A program made the position numbers and the translations under genes. This document shows, one piece after another, positions 1-9,779 of a DNA stretch of 64,000 nt. This DNA is from a virus: IMG/VR virus record IMGVR_UViG_3300010224_000005, one strand, 5' to 3'. Numbering within the stretch: position 1 is the first letter of the stretch; the number at the start of each line of letters is the position of its first letter. Under the pieces are notes generated by a model, which saw nothing but the letters and a program-made list of their open reading frames with translations, was not told the DNA's origin and made no database searches.

Positions 1-1
1 G

Positions 2-259
2 GCCGCCTTCTGCCGCAGCCACGGCCACCAGATTCGCATGCTGGCACCCGCCACGTACGTGGCGTACGGCATGGCGTGGGGGCCGGCCGAGCGCGGCGTA
101 CGGCACGCCGTCTGCTGGGCCGACGGCCGCATGGCCTGGGACCCGCATCCCTCACGCGCCGGCCTGCTCGGCGTGACGGATCTGATCGCCTTCGAACCCG
201 AGCCACCGGCCCAGGCCGCCACCCTCGAGGAGCGCGCCCATGTTCCCCACCCTCACTGA
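2..259 (+). CDS. 3' end of a hypothetical protein continuing from upstream of the window
   Basis: The frame of ORF 38..259 stays open back to nt 2 (AAFCRSHGHQIR...). GC3-rich. Confidence 0.4.
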   Translation, partial: AAFCRSHGHQIRMLAPATYVAYGMAWGPAERGVRHAVCWADGRMAWDPHPSRAGLLGVTDLIAFEPEPPAQAATLEERAHVPHPH

Positions 260-578
260 CCCGGACCCCAACCACCTCGAGCAGCATCAGGCACAGCCAC
301 CGATGATCCCGCAGCTCGGGCAGCGCGTCTTCTACCGCCTCGACGACAGCGACGTCCGCGCCATCCACCGCCAGCGCCTGGCCGCCCACGTACGCGGCGC
401 CCCCGTCCGCAACGGCGACGTGCTGCCCGCCGTCATCGTCCGCGTCAGCGCCGCCACCCCGCACGCGCCGTGTAACCTCACCGTCTTCCTCGACGGACCG
501 GACACCTTCTGGGCCCAGCAAGTCGTCTGCGGCTCCGAAGCGGGCACCTGGGCGTGGCCAGCCCGGCCTGAGGGCTGA
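240..578 (+). CDS. Hypothetical small protein (possible SH3-like beta-barrel; weak paralog of the C-terminus of 26992..27462)
   Basis: ORF track. Motif GQRVFYRL...NGDVLPAVIVRV resembles VGDVVLVAA...PAVVTRVW in 26992..27462. An alternative start at 303 is possible. Confidence 0.5.
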   Translation: MFPTLTDPDPNHLEQHQAQPPMIPQLGQRVFYRLDDSDVRAIHRQRLAAHVRGAPVRNGDVLPAVIVRVSAATPHAPCNLTVFLDGPDTFWAQQVVCGSEAGTWAWPARPEG

Positions 579-579
579 C

Positions 580-792
580 GTGGTCGCGCTCCCCGCCCAA
601 GGCCACATCGTCCTCGAATGCCCGGTCTGTGATCAGCCGGTGCGGTTGCCGCTGATCCCCGGCCCCCAACAGGGCCGCACCATCCAACTCGTCCTCGACA
701 CGACACTGCTGAACGAGCACCTAGCGGACGCGCACTTCGACCTCCTCGTCGCCGCTGCAGTGACGCCTCCGCCTGCTGCCGAGCCAGGATGA
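580..792 (+). CDS. Hypothetical small protein
   Basis: ORF track, GTG start 2 nt after the previous stop. Contains CPVC. Confidence 0.45.
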   Translation: MVALPAQGHIVLECPVCDQPVRLPLIPGPQQGRTIQLVLDTTLLNEHLADAHFDLLVAAAVTPPPAAEPG

Positions 793-995
793 GCCGGGCC
801 AGGGCAGCCGCTCATCACGCCAGCGAACTACGCCTGGCCGTCCGGCGGCCGGACGGCACCGTCCAGGACCACGGTCTCGTCGCCGCCAACTACCCGAACC
901 GATGGCGCCAAGCCTGGTGGCTCAGAGTCGTCCGGCCAAGTGCGGGCATGCGTGCGGCCCGATTCCACCGCTGTCGGCGAAAACGCGCCGCATAA
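789..995 (+). CDS. Hypothetical small basic protein
   Basis: ATGA overlap with the previous gene. Moderate codon bias. Confidence 0.35.
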   Translation: MSRARAAAHHASELRLAVRRPDGTVQDHGLVAANYPNRWRQAWWLRVVRPSAGMRAARFHRCRRKRAA

Positions 996-1011
996 CCCGG
1001 AGGCGGTGACG

Positions 1012-1368
1012 GTGAGCAACCTGCCCAACCAGGTCAGTTTCACCAGCCCGGCCGGAAGCCAGTGGGCCCAAACGTTCCAGATCACGGGTGCCGACATCAC
1101 AGGCCTCGCCTGGGAATTCGTGATCCGGCCGAACGTCACCGACACCACGCAGCCGCCGCTCGTCAAGGTGACCACGACCGTGAGCAGCCAAGGTCTGATC
1201 ACCGCCAACCCGGCCACGGGCGCCGTGCAGGTCGTCCTCACACCCGCCGCCACAGCGATCCTCGGCCGCGGCGCACGACCGTACGCCTTGTGGTCCAACC
1301 CCGGCACCGCCTCTGCGACCGCTTGGTGCGAGGGCGTCTTCAACACCCAGCAGATCGCCGCGCCCTGA
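1012..1368 (+). CDS. Small virion/tail-fibre-associated structural protein (hypothetical)
   Basis: GTG about 9 nt after GGAGG. T/V/A-rich beta-type sequence directly upstream of the tail fibre gene. The ORF track start at 940 is probably too early. Confidence 0.5.
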   Translation: MSNLPNQVSFTSPAGSQWAQTFQITGADITGLAWEFVIRPNVTDTTQPPLVKVTTTVSSQGLITANPATGAVQVVLTPAATAILGRGARPYALWSNPGTASATAWCEGVFNTQQIAAP

Positions 1369-1375
1369 AGGGGAG

Positions 1376-3397
1376 GTGCCCGTGCCCGACGTCATCATCT
1401 CCCCGACCGGAGTCCAAGGCCCCCGCGGGAACGCCGTCCTCTCCGGCGCGCGGGCGCCGCAGACGTCGGACGGTATCGACGGCGACTACTGGGTCGACAC
1501 CACCCAGTACCCCACCAGCGCGCTGCTGTACGGGCCGAAGGCCAGCAACACGTGGCCCGGCTCGGGGATCACTTTCGGCGGCGGTGCGGTCGGGGCACTC
1601 CTCGCCGCGAACAACCTGAGCGATCTGCAGGACAAGCCCACGGCCCGCACGAACCTCGGGCTCGGCACGGCAGCTACTCACGCCGCTGGCGACTTCGACG
1701 GGGCCGGTGCGGCCGCAGCTGCTTACACCTCTGCCGTGTCATACACGGACGCCCAGATCGGCGGCGAGGTCTCCCGCGCGAACGGCGCCTACCAGCCGCT
1801 GCAGCCCGGCGTCTTCGACGTCACCAAGGCGCCATACAGCGCGAAGGGCGACGGGCTCGTCGTCACGGACGGCGCCATCACCACCGGCACCGCGATTCTC
1901 ACGTCCGCGTCCGCTCCGTTCGCCAACGTCATCGCGGGCATGCTCGTCATGGTCAAGGGCGCCGGCACCTTCGGCGTCACCACACACGTCACCACCGTCG
2001 CCAGCAAGCAGAGCAACGGCCAGATCACCCTGGCCGCCAACGCCCCCACGACAGTCACCGGCGCCCTCGTCCTCATCGCCACGGACGACACGGGGGCGTT
2101 CCAGGCCGCGATCAACGCGGCCACCGCCTACGCCGTCCTCCACGGGGCAGCCAAGGTCCTCATCCCGGCCCCGGCCGGACGCTTCTACGGCATCGGCGGC
2201 CCCCTGGTCTCCGGCGGCGCGACGAAGGGCAACGCCCAGCTCACTCTCCCGGTCGTGGCCACCAGCGGCAACAAGGCCGTCTTGACGATCGAAGGCCCCG
2301 GCGACGGGGCCGCGGTTCAGCACTGGGAGCAGCTCGTCCCGCAGATGTCCGGGGCCACCCTCGTCAGCTTCGGTGTCTTCGCGTCGTCATCAGCGCAGAT
2401 CGCGTCGATCAACGCAGCTGGCAACGCCTGTGTGCTCGGCGGCCCGTCACAGCCCGGCGGGTACGGCGTCGCCCCGGGCGTGTACTCCAACATGCACCTG
2501 GTGCTCAGGAACATGAGCATCCTGACCACGCACTCCGCGAACGGCCTCACCTACTCGGCCGCCGATCTGAGCGGCGTGGCCAACGCGGCCATCGAGAACA
2601 TGGCGTACGGCACCACCGGCACCGTCGCGGGCGGCGACTACTCGTCCCCGGGGAGCTTCGCCTTCGGCCTGGTACCCGGCCTGCTGCTGCCGGCCGACGG
2701 AAACAACGACCTGGTGACCGTCCGGAACCTGACCTGCCACGGCGGCTACACGTACGGGATCTTCGCCACCGAGCACTTCGACGGCAACAACATCAGGATC
2801 TTGTACGACTGGGCGGCGTTCTGCCCGGTCGGCACGTACTACGGGTCGGTCGGCTCGACGCACGCGATCGTCGCGACGCTGCTGTCGATCGAGTCGTGCT
2901 CGTACCTCGTGTACATCATCGGCGGTGGCAGCGGCGGCATCGGGCCCTTCCTTCACCTGCGGATCGACACCGAGACGGGCCTGCCGCGCTTCGGCGATAA
3001 CAACAGCGGGTTCGCCAGTTCGACGGCGCGCGGCGAAGTCGTCCTCACGGGCCTGTACACCGCGTCGTCGCTGACCCTCGACGCTCCGATCGGTTACGAC
3101 ATCATCGACGGCCAACGCTCCTACCCGAGCCTCGCCGTGAGCGCGAACTACACGGTCAGCACCCTCGACGAACTGGTCACCGTCGACGCCTCCGGCGCCG
3201 GTCGCACGATCACCCTGCCGACCGCCGTCGGCCGCAACAAACGGATCATCGTTACCAAGACCGACAGCAGCGGCAACGCCGTGACCGTCGCCACGACAGG
3301 CGGCCAGACCATCAACGGCGTCGCCACCAAGAGCCTCGCCACCCAGTGGGCCACCGCCGAATTCGTGCCCGCCGCCGGGAACTGGATCGCCCGATGA
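1376..3397 (+). CDS. Tail fibre / tailspike with pectate-lyase-superfamily (beta-helix) domain
   Basis: N-terminus GPRGNAVLSG..GDYWVDT..LYGPK and LSDLQDKPTARTNLGLGTAA are typical of actinophage fibre N-termini. FDVTKAPYSAKGDGLVVTDGAI matches the pectate_lyase_3 style start of tailspikes. An alternative GTG start at 1382 is possible. Confidence 0.8.
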   Translation: MPVPDVIISPTGVQGPRGNAVLSGARAPQTSDGIDGDYWVDTTQYPTSALLYGPKASNTWPGSGITFGGGAVGALLAANNLSDLQDKPTARTNLGLGTAATHAAGDFDGAGAAAAAYTSAVSYTDAQIGGEVSRANGAYQPLQPGVFDVTKAPYSAKGDGLVVTDGAITTGTAILTSASAPFANVIAGMLVMVKGAGTFGVTTHVTTVASKQSNGQITLAANAPTTVTGALVLIATDDTGAFQAAINAATAYAVLHGAAKVLIPAPAGRFYGIGGPLVSGGATKGNAQLTLPVVATSGNKAVLTIEGPGDGAAVQHWEQLVPQMSGATLVSFGVFASSSAQIASINAAGNACVLGGPSQPGGYGVAPGVYSNMHLVLRNMSILTTHSANGLTYSAADLSGVANAAIENMAYGTTGTVAGGDYSSPGSFAFGLVPGLLLPADGNNDLVTVRNLTCHGGYTYGIFATEHFDGNNIRILYDWAAFCPVGTYYGSVGSTHAIVATLLSIESCSYLVYIIGGGSGGIGPFLHLRIDTETGLPRFGDNNSGFASSTARGEVVLTGLYTASSLTLDAPIGYDIIDGQRSYPSLAVSANYTVSTLDELVTVDASGAGRTITLPTAVGRNKRIIVTKTDSSGNAVTVATTGGQTINGVATKSLATQWATAEFVPAAGNWIAR

Positions 3398-3900
3398 CCC
3401 GGACGGAGGCCCCCATGCCCGAACCCCTACCCGCCTTCGAGGCCCTCGCCGCGCCCGCACCGGCCATGCCGCCCGCCCGCCTGTGCGCAGCTTGCGGCGG
3501 TGAGGCCGTCGTGCACTGGCGGCGCCGGCCGACAGACGACGAACTGGCCGGCCTCGTAGCCGCAGAGCAGGCCCGCCGGGACGAGCGGCTCACGTTGGCC
3601 GACCCGCAGCTTCCGCCGCCGGTGTTCCCGCCGCTGCCGGCCGCCGACGACACCACGATCACCGTGTACTCGTGCGACCCCCACGCCATCGGCATGGAGA
3701 TGGCGGCTCGCGTCCATCAGGCCTCATGCGGGGCCCCCTTCGTGGGCGTGAACGGGAAATTGTTCCTCGACGCCGATGGCATCCCAGTATGTGACTGCAC
3801 GCCTGAGCCGCACCCGGATCCCGCGCCAGTCCCGGCGGAGAAGGCAGTCCGCATGGTGAGTCGACTGCCGGCGCACTGGCTGACTGCCGGAGACGCATGA
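3394..3900 (+). CDS. Hypothetical protein (Cys-containing)
   Basis: ATGA overlap with the fibre gene stop. In frame with ORF 3346..3900. Confidence 0.5.
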   Translation: MTRTEAPMPEPLPAFEALAAPAPAMPPARLCAACGGEAVVHWRRRPTDDELAGLVAAEQARRDERLTLADPQLPPPVFPPLPAADDTTITVYSCDPHAIGMEMAARVHQASCGAPFVGVNGKLFLDADGIPVCDCTPEPHPDPAPVPAEKAVRMVSRLPAHWLTAGDA

Positions 3901-4598
3901 TGGCGAACCGCACTGGCAACCTGCAGGAACCATCGGAGAAGCGGCGCTGCACCGCCCACAAGAAGAGCCCGACTGGGCAGAAGGGCGAGCGGTGCAAGGC
4001 CTGGGCTCTCAAGGGGCAGACCGTGTGCCGTGTGCACGGCGGCAAAGCCCCGCAGAACCTCGCGGCCGCCAGACGCCGCCAAGCCGAGGAGCGGGCCCAG
4101 GAGATTCTGGAAACGTACGGTCGTCCCATCGAGACAACCCCGAGCGAAGCCCTCCTCGACGAGGTCAAGTGGAGCGCCGGCCACGTCGCCTGGCTGCGTC
4201 AGCGTGTCCAGGAGATCGAAAGCCAGGCCGCACCCGCCCGGAACACCTCGAGCGACGACGAGGACGACGACGAGGGTGGCAGCAGCGGTCGGTCGCACCC
4301 GCTGGTCTGGGGCGTCACCCGACGCAAGACCGGCGGTGACGACTGGGGGCGTACCGAGGAAGCCGCCCCGAACATCTGGCTGCGCCTCTACCAGCAGGAG
4401 CGCACGCACCTGGTGAAGGTGTGCGAGGCCGCCATCCGTGCGGGGATCGAGGAACGCAAGGTTCGCGTGGCGGAGCAGCAGGGCGCGCAGGTCGCTGCGG
4501 TCATCCGGGGTGTCCTGGCCGAGCTGCGCCTCACTCCAGAGCAGCAGGCCCTGGTCTCGGACGTCGTGCCACGGCACCTGCGCGCGCTCGCGTCCTGA
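3897..4598 (+). CDS. Terminase small subunit candidate (HGG-motif N-terminal domain)
   Basis: Lies immediately upstream of the large terminase. CTAHKK..GERCKAWALKGQTVCRVHGGKAPQ motif followed by a helical region. Confidence 0.5.
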   Translation: MMANRTGNLQEPSEKRRCTAHKKSPTGQKGERCKAWALKGQTVCRVHGGKAPQNLAAARRRQAEERAQEILETYGRPIETTPSEALLDEVKWSAGHVAWLRQRVQEIESQAAPARNTSSDDEDDDEGGSSGRSHPLVWGVTRRKTGGDDWGRTEEAAPNIWLRLYQQERTHLVKVCEAAIRAGIEERKVRVAEQQGAQVAAVIRGVLAELRLTPEQQALVSDVVPRHLRALAS

Positions 4599-4620
4599 AG
4601 CCGAGGGGAGGCGGCTGCCC

Positions 4621-6327
4621 ATGGCCGCCACACCCGACTGGGCCGAATACGCCGCCCGCTCCTTCGAACCCCGACCGAATGCCGACCTGTGGCCCACCCC
4701 CGGCGCCCTGGCCAAAATCGTCGAGCCGGCCACCCTGCAGACACCCGCCCTCGACCTGGTCGACGAAGCCGTCGCCTGGGCGTACAGCACCCCTGACGCC
4801 CGTCTGATCATCTCGATGCCCCCGCAGGAGGGAAAGTCCCAGCGGGTCACCAAGACGGGTTCTCTGTGGGCCCTGCACCGCAACCCAGAGATGCGGATCG
4901 GCATCGTCTCCTACAACAAGCCTCTCGCCGAGTCCTTCGGCCGTGACGTCCGTAACTGGATCACCACCTACAACGGCGACGACGGCGCCACCGACCTCGG
5001 CCTGCGCATCGCCCGCGACAACGGAGCAGCCTCCCGCTGGCAGCTCGCCGGCCACGCCGGCGGCATCATCTGCGTCGGACTCAAGGGCTCCCTCACCGGC
5101 CGCCGCGTCGACGCCCTGGTCATCGACGACCCCTTCGCCGACAAGGAGCAGGCCGACTCCGCCTACTACCGCGACCGGGTGTGGGGCTGGTGGCAGTCCG
5201 TCGGCTCAACGCGCCTGTCCTCCGGCGCCCCGGTCATCGTGATCCTCACCCGCTGGCACGAGGACGACATCGCAGGCCGGCTCAAAGCCGCCGAGGACGG
5301 TCACCGCTGGCGAGTCATCAACATCCCCGCCCTCGCCGATCACAACCCCGAGAAGGGCGAGACCGACCTGCTGGGTCGCCAGCCCGGGGAGTGGCTGAAG
5401 TCCGCTCGAGGCCGAACGGACGAGCAGTGGGAAGCCATCCGTATCCAGGCCGGCACCCGGGTCTTCAACGCCCTCTACCAAGGCCGCCCATCGCCGGACT
5501 CCGGCAACGTGTGGCGCCGCCAGTGGTGGCGCCGCTACAGCGTCCCCCTGTGGTCACAGCACCCCACCGTCCCGGACGGCTACCGGGTCAATGAGTTCGA
5601 CCAAATGGTCATGTCCTGGGACATGACCTTCAAGGACACCAAGTCGTCCGACTTCGTCGTCGGGCAGGTGTGGGCGCGCCGCGGCGCCAACGTCTACCTG
5701 CTGGACCAGATCCGCAAGCGGATGACGTTCACCGAGACCCTGACCGCCTTCCAGGCCCTCGTCAGGCGCTGGCCCCAGGCCACGGCCAAGCTGGTCGAGG
5801 ACAAGGCCAACGGGACCGCGGTCATCAACACCCTCCGGTCGAAGATCCCCGGCATCGTCGAGGTCACCCCGACCGAGAGCAAGTACGCGCGCGCCAATGC
5901 CGTAGCCCCCGTCGTTCAGGCCGGCAACGTCTTCCTCCCCGAGGGGGAGATCGCTCTGTTCGACCCTGAAGAGCTCATCAATGAGGCCGCCGAGTTCCCC
6001 AACGGCGCTCACGACGACCAGGTCGACGCCACCAGCCAGGCCCTGGCCCACATGCTCCTCGACGGCACCGGCGCCCAGGCCTGGATCGAGTACGTCAAAC
6101 GCCAGGCCAAAGCCGCCGCCCAGGCCCGTGCCGAAGGCGGCCAGCCTGACGAACAACAGCCGCCGGCCGGCGAAGCCACAGACCGAGCCGGCGCCCCAGC
6201 GCCCGGTGGCGCCCCGATGCCCCCCGACACCGCAACACCCACCGCAGCCGCCGACGAACCAGATGATCCGGTGGCAGCCCGTCAGCGCGCCCGTAATGCC
6301 GCCTTCCGGCAGCAGCACCGCAGATAG
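4621..6327 (+). CDS. Terminase large subunit
   Basis: Walker-A-like PPQEGKSQ, LVIDDPF Walker B, ILTRWHEDD and a C-terminal nuclease-like DDQVDA. Start taken at ATG M62 of ORF 4438..6327. Confidence 0.9.
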   Translation: MAATPDWAEYAARSFEPRPNADLWPTPGALAKIVEPATLQTPALDLVDEAVAWAYSTPDARLIISMPPQEGKSQRVTKTGSLWALHRNPEMRIGIVSYNKPLAESFGRDVRNWITTYNGDDGATDLGLRIARDNGAASRWQLAGHAGGIICVGLKGSLTGRRVDALVIDDPFADKEQADSAYYRDRVWGWWQSVGSTRLSSGAPVIVILTRWHEDDIAGRLKAAEDGHRWRVINIPALADHNPEKGETDLLGRQPGEWLKSARGRTDEQWEAIRIQAGTRVFNALYQGRPSPDSGNVWRRQWWRRYSVPLWSQHPTVPDGYRVNEFDQMVMSWDMTFKDTKSSDFVVGQVWARRGANVYLLDQIRKRMTFTETLTAFQALVRRWPQATAKLVEDKANGTAVINTLRSKIPGIVEVTPTESKYARANAVAPVVQAGNVFLPEGEIALFDPEELINEAAEFPNGAHDDQVDATSQALAHMLLDGTGAQAWIEYVKRQAKAAAQARAEGGQPDEQQPPAGEATDRAGAPAPGGAPMPPDTATPTAAADEPDDPVAARQRARNAAFRQQHRR

Positions 6328-6342
6328 GAGGCACGGCAGCCG

Positions 6343-9300
6343 ATGGGCCTCCGCACCCGCATCACCCAGCTGGCCAAGGTCTTCGGCAACCGTCAGCCCG
6401 CGGACATGCAAGCAGGCGAAACCGCAGCCGGCATGACCCCGAGCCGGCCGTTCTCGCCCGGCGCGCCGATCGGCCCCTATGACGGGTTCTCCCGCCACCC
6501 CCGCACCCACGACTTCGTCACCGGCTACAACATCAGCGCCCGCCCGCGCAGCCACAGCGCGGTCGCGTTCGACACCCTGCGCGGACTGATCGACGCCTAC
6601 GACGTCGCCCAGATGTGCATCTGGCACCGCATCGACTCAATTCGGGCCCTGGACTGGGCGCTCGTGCCCAAGCGGGGCTTCGAAGGCGACGCCGCCGACG
6701 CGATCAGCCTCGGCATGCAGGTGCTGGCCTACCCGGACCGGCAGAACCCGTTCCCCGCGTGGCTGGCCACCTGGCTGTACGACATCCTCGCCTACGACGC
6801 TGGCACCCTGTCCCGGGTCAAGAACCGCCGTGGCGACGTCATCGGCCTGCGCGTTGTCGACGGCACCACCATCGCCCCTCTGCTGGACTACTGGGGTAAC
6901 TCCCCGGAACCACCGGCCGAGGCCTACGTCCAATACGTCAACGGGCTGCCCTGGAACTGGCTCACCCGCAGGGACCTCGTATACGTCCCCTTCAGGCCTC
7001 GCTCCAACAGCCCGTACGGATACGCGCCGCTCGAGTCGATCCTGCTCAACGCCAACACCGACCTCCGCTTCCAGGCGTACTTCCTCCAGCGGTTCACCGA
7101 GGGCAACATCCCCCAAGCGATCGGCTCCTCGCCGGAGAACTGGACCCCGGACCAGGTCCAGGAATTCCAGGGCTGGTGGGACCAGTTCATGATGGGCGAC
7201 CAGGCCATCAAGTCCCAGATCCGGTGGATCCCTGGCGGCAGCAAGATCGAATGGTCGAATGAGAAGGACTTCGACGACACCTTCTCCCTCTTCCTCATGC
7301 GCAAGACCTGCGCCGCCTACCACGTCGTCCCCGCCGACCTCGGCTTCACCGAGACCGTCAACCGCTCTTCCGGAGAGACCCAGGCCGACGTCCAGCACCG
7401 CGTCGGCGACCTGCCGCTCGTCTCCCACCTGCAGGGCATCCTCACCGCGTTCCTGCAGCACGACCTCCACCTGCCGCTCGAATTCCGCTTCGACACCGGC
7501 CAGGAGAAGGAAGACCGTCTCACCCTCGCCCAGGCCTGGCAGATCTACATCGACGCCGGCATGGCCTCCGCAGACGAGGGCCGCAAGGAACTCCTGGGCC
7601 TGCCCGTCGACCCGCGCCGGCCCGTACCGCGGTTCCACAACACGCCCCGCCTCGGACCCGTGCCGCTCCTGGCCATCCAGGGCATCGCAGGGAAGATCGA
7701 CCCGGTCACCTACGGGCCGGCCGAGGACCAGATGCCACTGCCCCAGCCATTCGTCCCGGCCCCCGGAGTCATCTCCGACGCGGGCACCACGGATGCCAAG
7801 GCCGCCGCCACCGCGGAGGACGGATACCAGACCCTCGTCCGGCAGGTCTCCCAGCAGCAGGCCGCAAACGAGGCGGCGGAGGCGGCGCAGATGTCGAAAG
7901 ACGGCGCCACCACAGCGGGCATCACCGCGCAGACGGGGCTCGTCGGCCACGACCTCATCGGCAGCGACAACGACCAGCCCCAGCACGAAGACGCGGAAAA
8001 AGACGACGGACAGGCAGCGGAGCTGGCCAAGCAGGAGCTGGCCACCTTCCGCCGCTTCCGCCAGTCCCGGCGCCGTACCGGCGCCTGGCGGGACTTCGAG
8101 TTCCGGCACGTCGACCCCGTCCAGGCGCACCGCCTCAACGACTCCGGTCGCCTCGACGTCCGCAAGGACTCAGGGCAGATCGCCGTCGCCGGCCTCGCTG
8201 TCCGGGCCGCCGACACCGGCCGCGTCCTCATGCTGCAGCGCGCCCTGACGGAAGGAGACCCAGCGGGCGGCACGTGGGAGTTTCCCGGAGGCCACCTCGA
8301 AGGCGACGAACGGCCCCTCACGGCCGCCGTACGCGAGTGGTCGGAAGAGACCGGCCTGATCCTGCCCTACGCTCCCGAAACGGCGGCCGCGCACGCCTTC
8401 GCCAACGGGCCGACCTGGACGAACGGCATCTACCAGGGGTTCGTCTACACCGTCGACACCGAGAGCATGCTCGACCTCGGCTACCGCGAGGCCGTCACCA
8501 ACCCCGACGACCCCGACGGCGACCAGGTCGAGAGCCTCGCGTGGTGGGACCCCGCGCAACTGCCCGGCAACCCAGCTGTACGGCACGAACTGCAGGACTC
8601 GATGGGGATCGTCCTCCGCCTCCTCGCCCCCTGCCCCTGCTGCAGTGGGGGAGGGGAACACGGCAACGGCTCCGAGTGCCTGCACTGCGACGCCTCCGGC
8701 ACCGCGATCGGTACCACTGGGCCCGTCCCGTGTGAAGGCGCTCTCGCGGGCACCGCGGACGTCACCGTGAGCCCGGAAGGCGTCTACACCTCAACGTGCC
8801 CCTGCGGCACACCGGCCGTGTATGACGACCTCGACGGCTGGCAGCACGCCGACGGCTCGATGGGCCACGACGACGGCACCCAGGAAACCGTCGCCGACAA
8901 GATGCGCAATGTCGCCAAGGCCGGCCGCCCAAAAGGCGAAGGCGCTGAGGGAGGGCCGCCCGGCCGGTGGCCCGGTTGGACGATGGACCTCAAGGCCATC
9001 GCCCACTGGGCTTCCCGGATCACGTCCTCGCTTCGAAGCGCCGTCAACGCCCGCCGCATCGTGGACGCATGGCTCGCCCTCAACCCCCGCTCATCGGCTG
9101 CCCGAAAAGCAGACCGTCTGCGGGAGCTCAACGAGCAGGCCCGCCAATGGCTCCAGGAGAACTCGCCCGACCTCGCCTCCGCTCTCGATGAGGTCGTCGC
9201 CGGCATCTACACCGACGGCTACCTCATCGGCGTCCTGGCGGCCGAGGCCGCCATTGAGGCCGCCGGAGCAGAGACCGGCATCGCCGCCGGAATCAACTGG

Positions 9301-9777
9301 GGCAACTGGAAACCCGGCGACACCAAGGCCGCCCAGCTCCTCCTCGGCCCGAACGCCACCGGCGCCGGCCTGCAGGATCTGCTGAACGACAGCGGCGTCA
9401 CGATCCGTTCAATCGCCGCCAACCGACTCAACGCCCTCGGCCGGCTCCTCGCCGAGGGCGCCGAGCGCGGCGACAGCCCCACCACCATCGCCAGCGCCAT
9501 CGAGGGACTACTCTCCAACCCCTCGCGCGCCGAGATGATCGCCACCACCGAACTGGCCCGGGCGGTCACCAAGGCCAGCCTGTCCACCTACCTCGCCAAC
9601 GGCATTGAAGCCGTGGAGTGGGTCAGCGCGGGCGATGGCCGGGTCTGCAACATCTGCCAGGCCAACCAAGACGCCGGCCCCGTCCGGCCCGGCAACCTTT
9701 TCCCCAACGGCCGGTCCGGTCCACCAGGCCACCCCTGGTGCCGCTGTGCTCTTGCCCCTGTAACGGGAGGTGGCTGA
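6343..9777 (+). CDS. Portal protein fused to a Nudix hydrolase domain, Cys-rich segment and MuF-like (SPP1 gp7 family) head morphogenesis domain
   Basis: N-terminal about 430 aa are SPP1 Gp6-like portal. Perfect Nudix box GGHLEGDERPLTAAVREWSEETGL. CPCCSGGGEHGNGSECLHC Zn-ribbon-like segment. C-terminal MuF signature VCNICQAN...GPPGHPWCRCALAP. Confidence 0.85.
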   Translation: MGLRTRITQLAKVFGNRQPADMQAGETAAGMTPSRPFSPGAPIGPYDGFSRHPRTHDFVTGYNISARPRSHSAVAFDTLRGLIDAYDVAQMCIWHRIDSIRALDWALVPKRGFEGDAADAISLGMQVLAYPDRQNPFPAWLATWLYDILAYDAGTLSRVKNRRGDVIGLRVVDGTTIAPLLDYWGNSPEPPAEAYVQYVNGLPWNWLTRRDLVYVPFRPRSNSPYGYAPLESILLNANTDLRFQAYFLQRFTEGNIPQAIGSSPENWTPDQVQEFQGWWDQFMMGDQAIKSQIRWIPGGSKIEWSNEKDFDDTFSLFLMRKTCAAYHVVPADLGFTETVNRSSGETQADVQHRVGDLPLVSHLQGILTAFLQHDLHLPLEFRFDTGQEKEDRLTLAQAWQIYIDAGMASADEGRKELLGLPVDPRRPVPRFHNTPRLGPVPLLAIQGIAGKIDPVTYGPAEDQMPLPQPFVPAPGVISDAGTTDAKAAATAEDGYQTLVRQVSQQQAANEAAEAAQMSKDGATTAGITAQTGLVGHDLIGSDNDQPQHEDAEKDDGQAAELAKQELATFRRFRQSRRRTGAWRDFEFRHVDPVQAHRLNDSGRLDVRKDSGQIAVAGLAVRAADTGRVLMLQRALTEGDPAGGTWEFPGGHLEGDERPLTAAVREWSEETGLILPYAPETAAAHAFANGPTWTNGIYQGFVYTVDTESMLDLGYREAVTNPDDPDGDQVESLAWWDPAQLPGNPAVRHELQDSMGIVLRLLAPCPCCSGGGEHGNGSECLHCDASGTAIGTTGPVPCEGALAGTADVTVSPEGVYTSTCPCGTPAVYDDLDGWQHADGSMGHDDGTQETVADKMRNVAKAGRPKGEGAEGGPPGRWPGWTMDLKAIAHWASRITSSLRSAVNARRIVDAWLALNPRSSAARKADRLRELNEQARQWLQENSPDLASALDEVVAGIYTDGYLIGVLAAEAAIEAAGAETGIAAGINWGNWKPGDTKAAQLLLGPNATGAGLQDLLNDSGVTIRSIAANRLNALGRLLAEGAERGDSPTTIASAIEGLLSNPSRAEMIATTELARAVTKASLSTYLANGIEAVEWVSAGDGRVCNICQANQDAGPVRPGNLFPNGRSGPPGHPWCRCALAPVTGGG

Positions 9778-9779
9778 CC

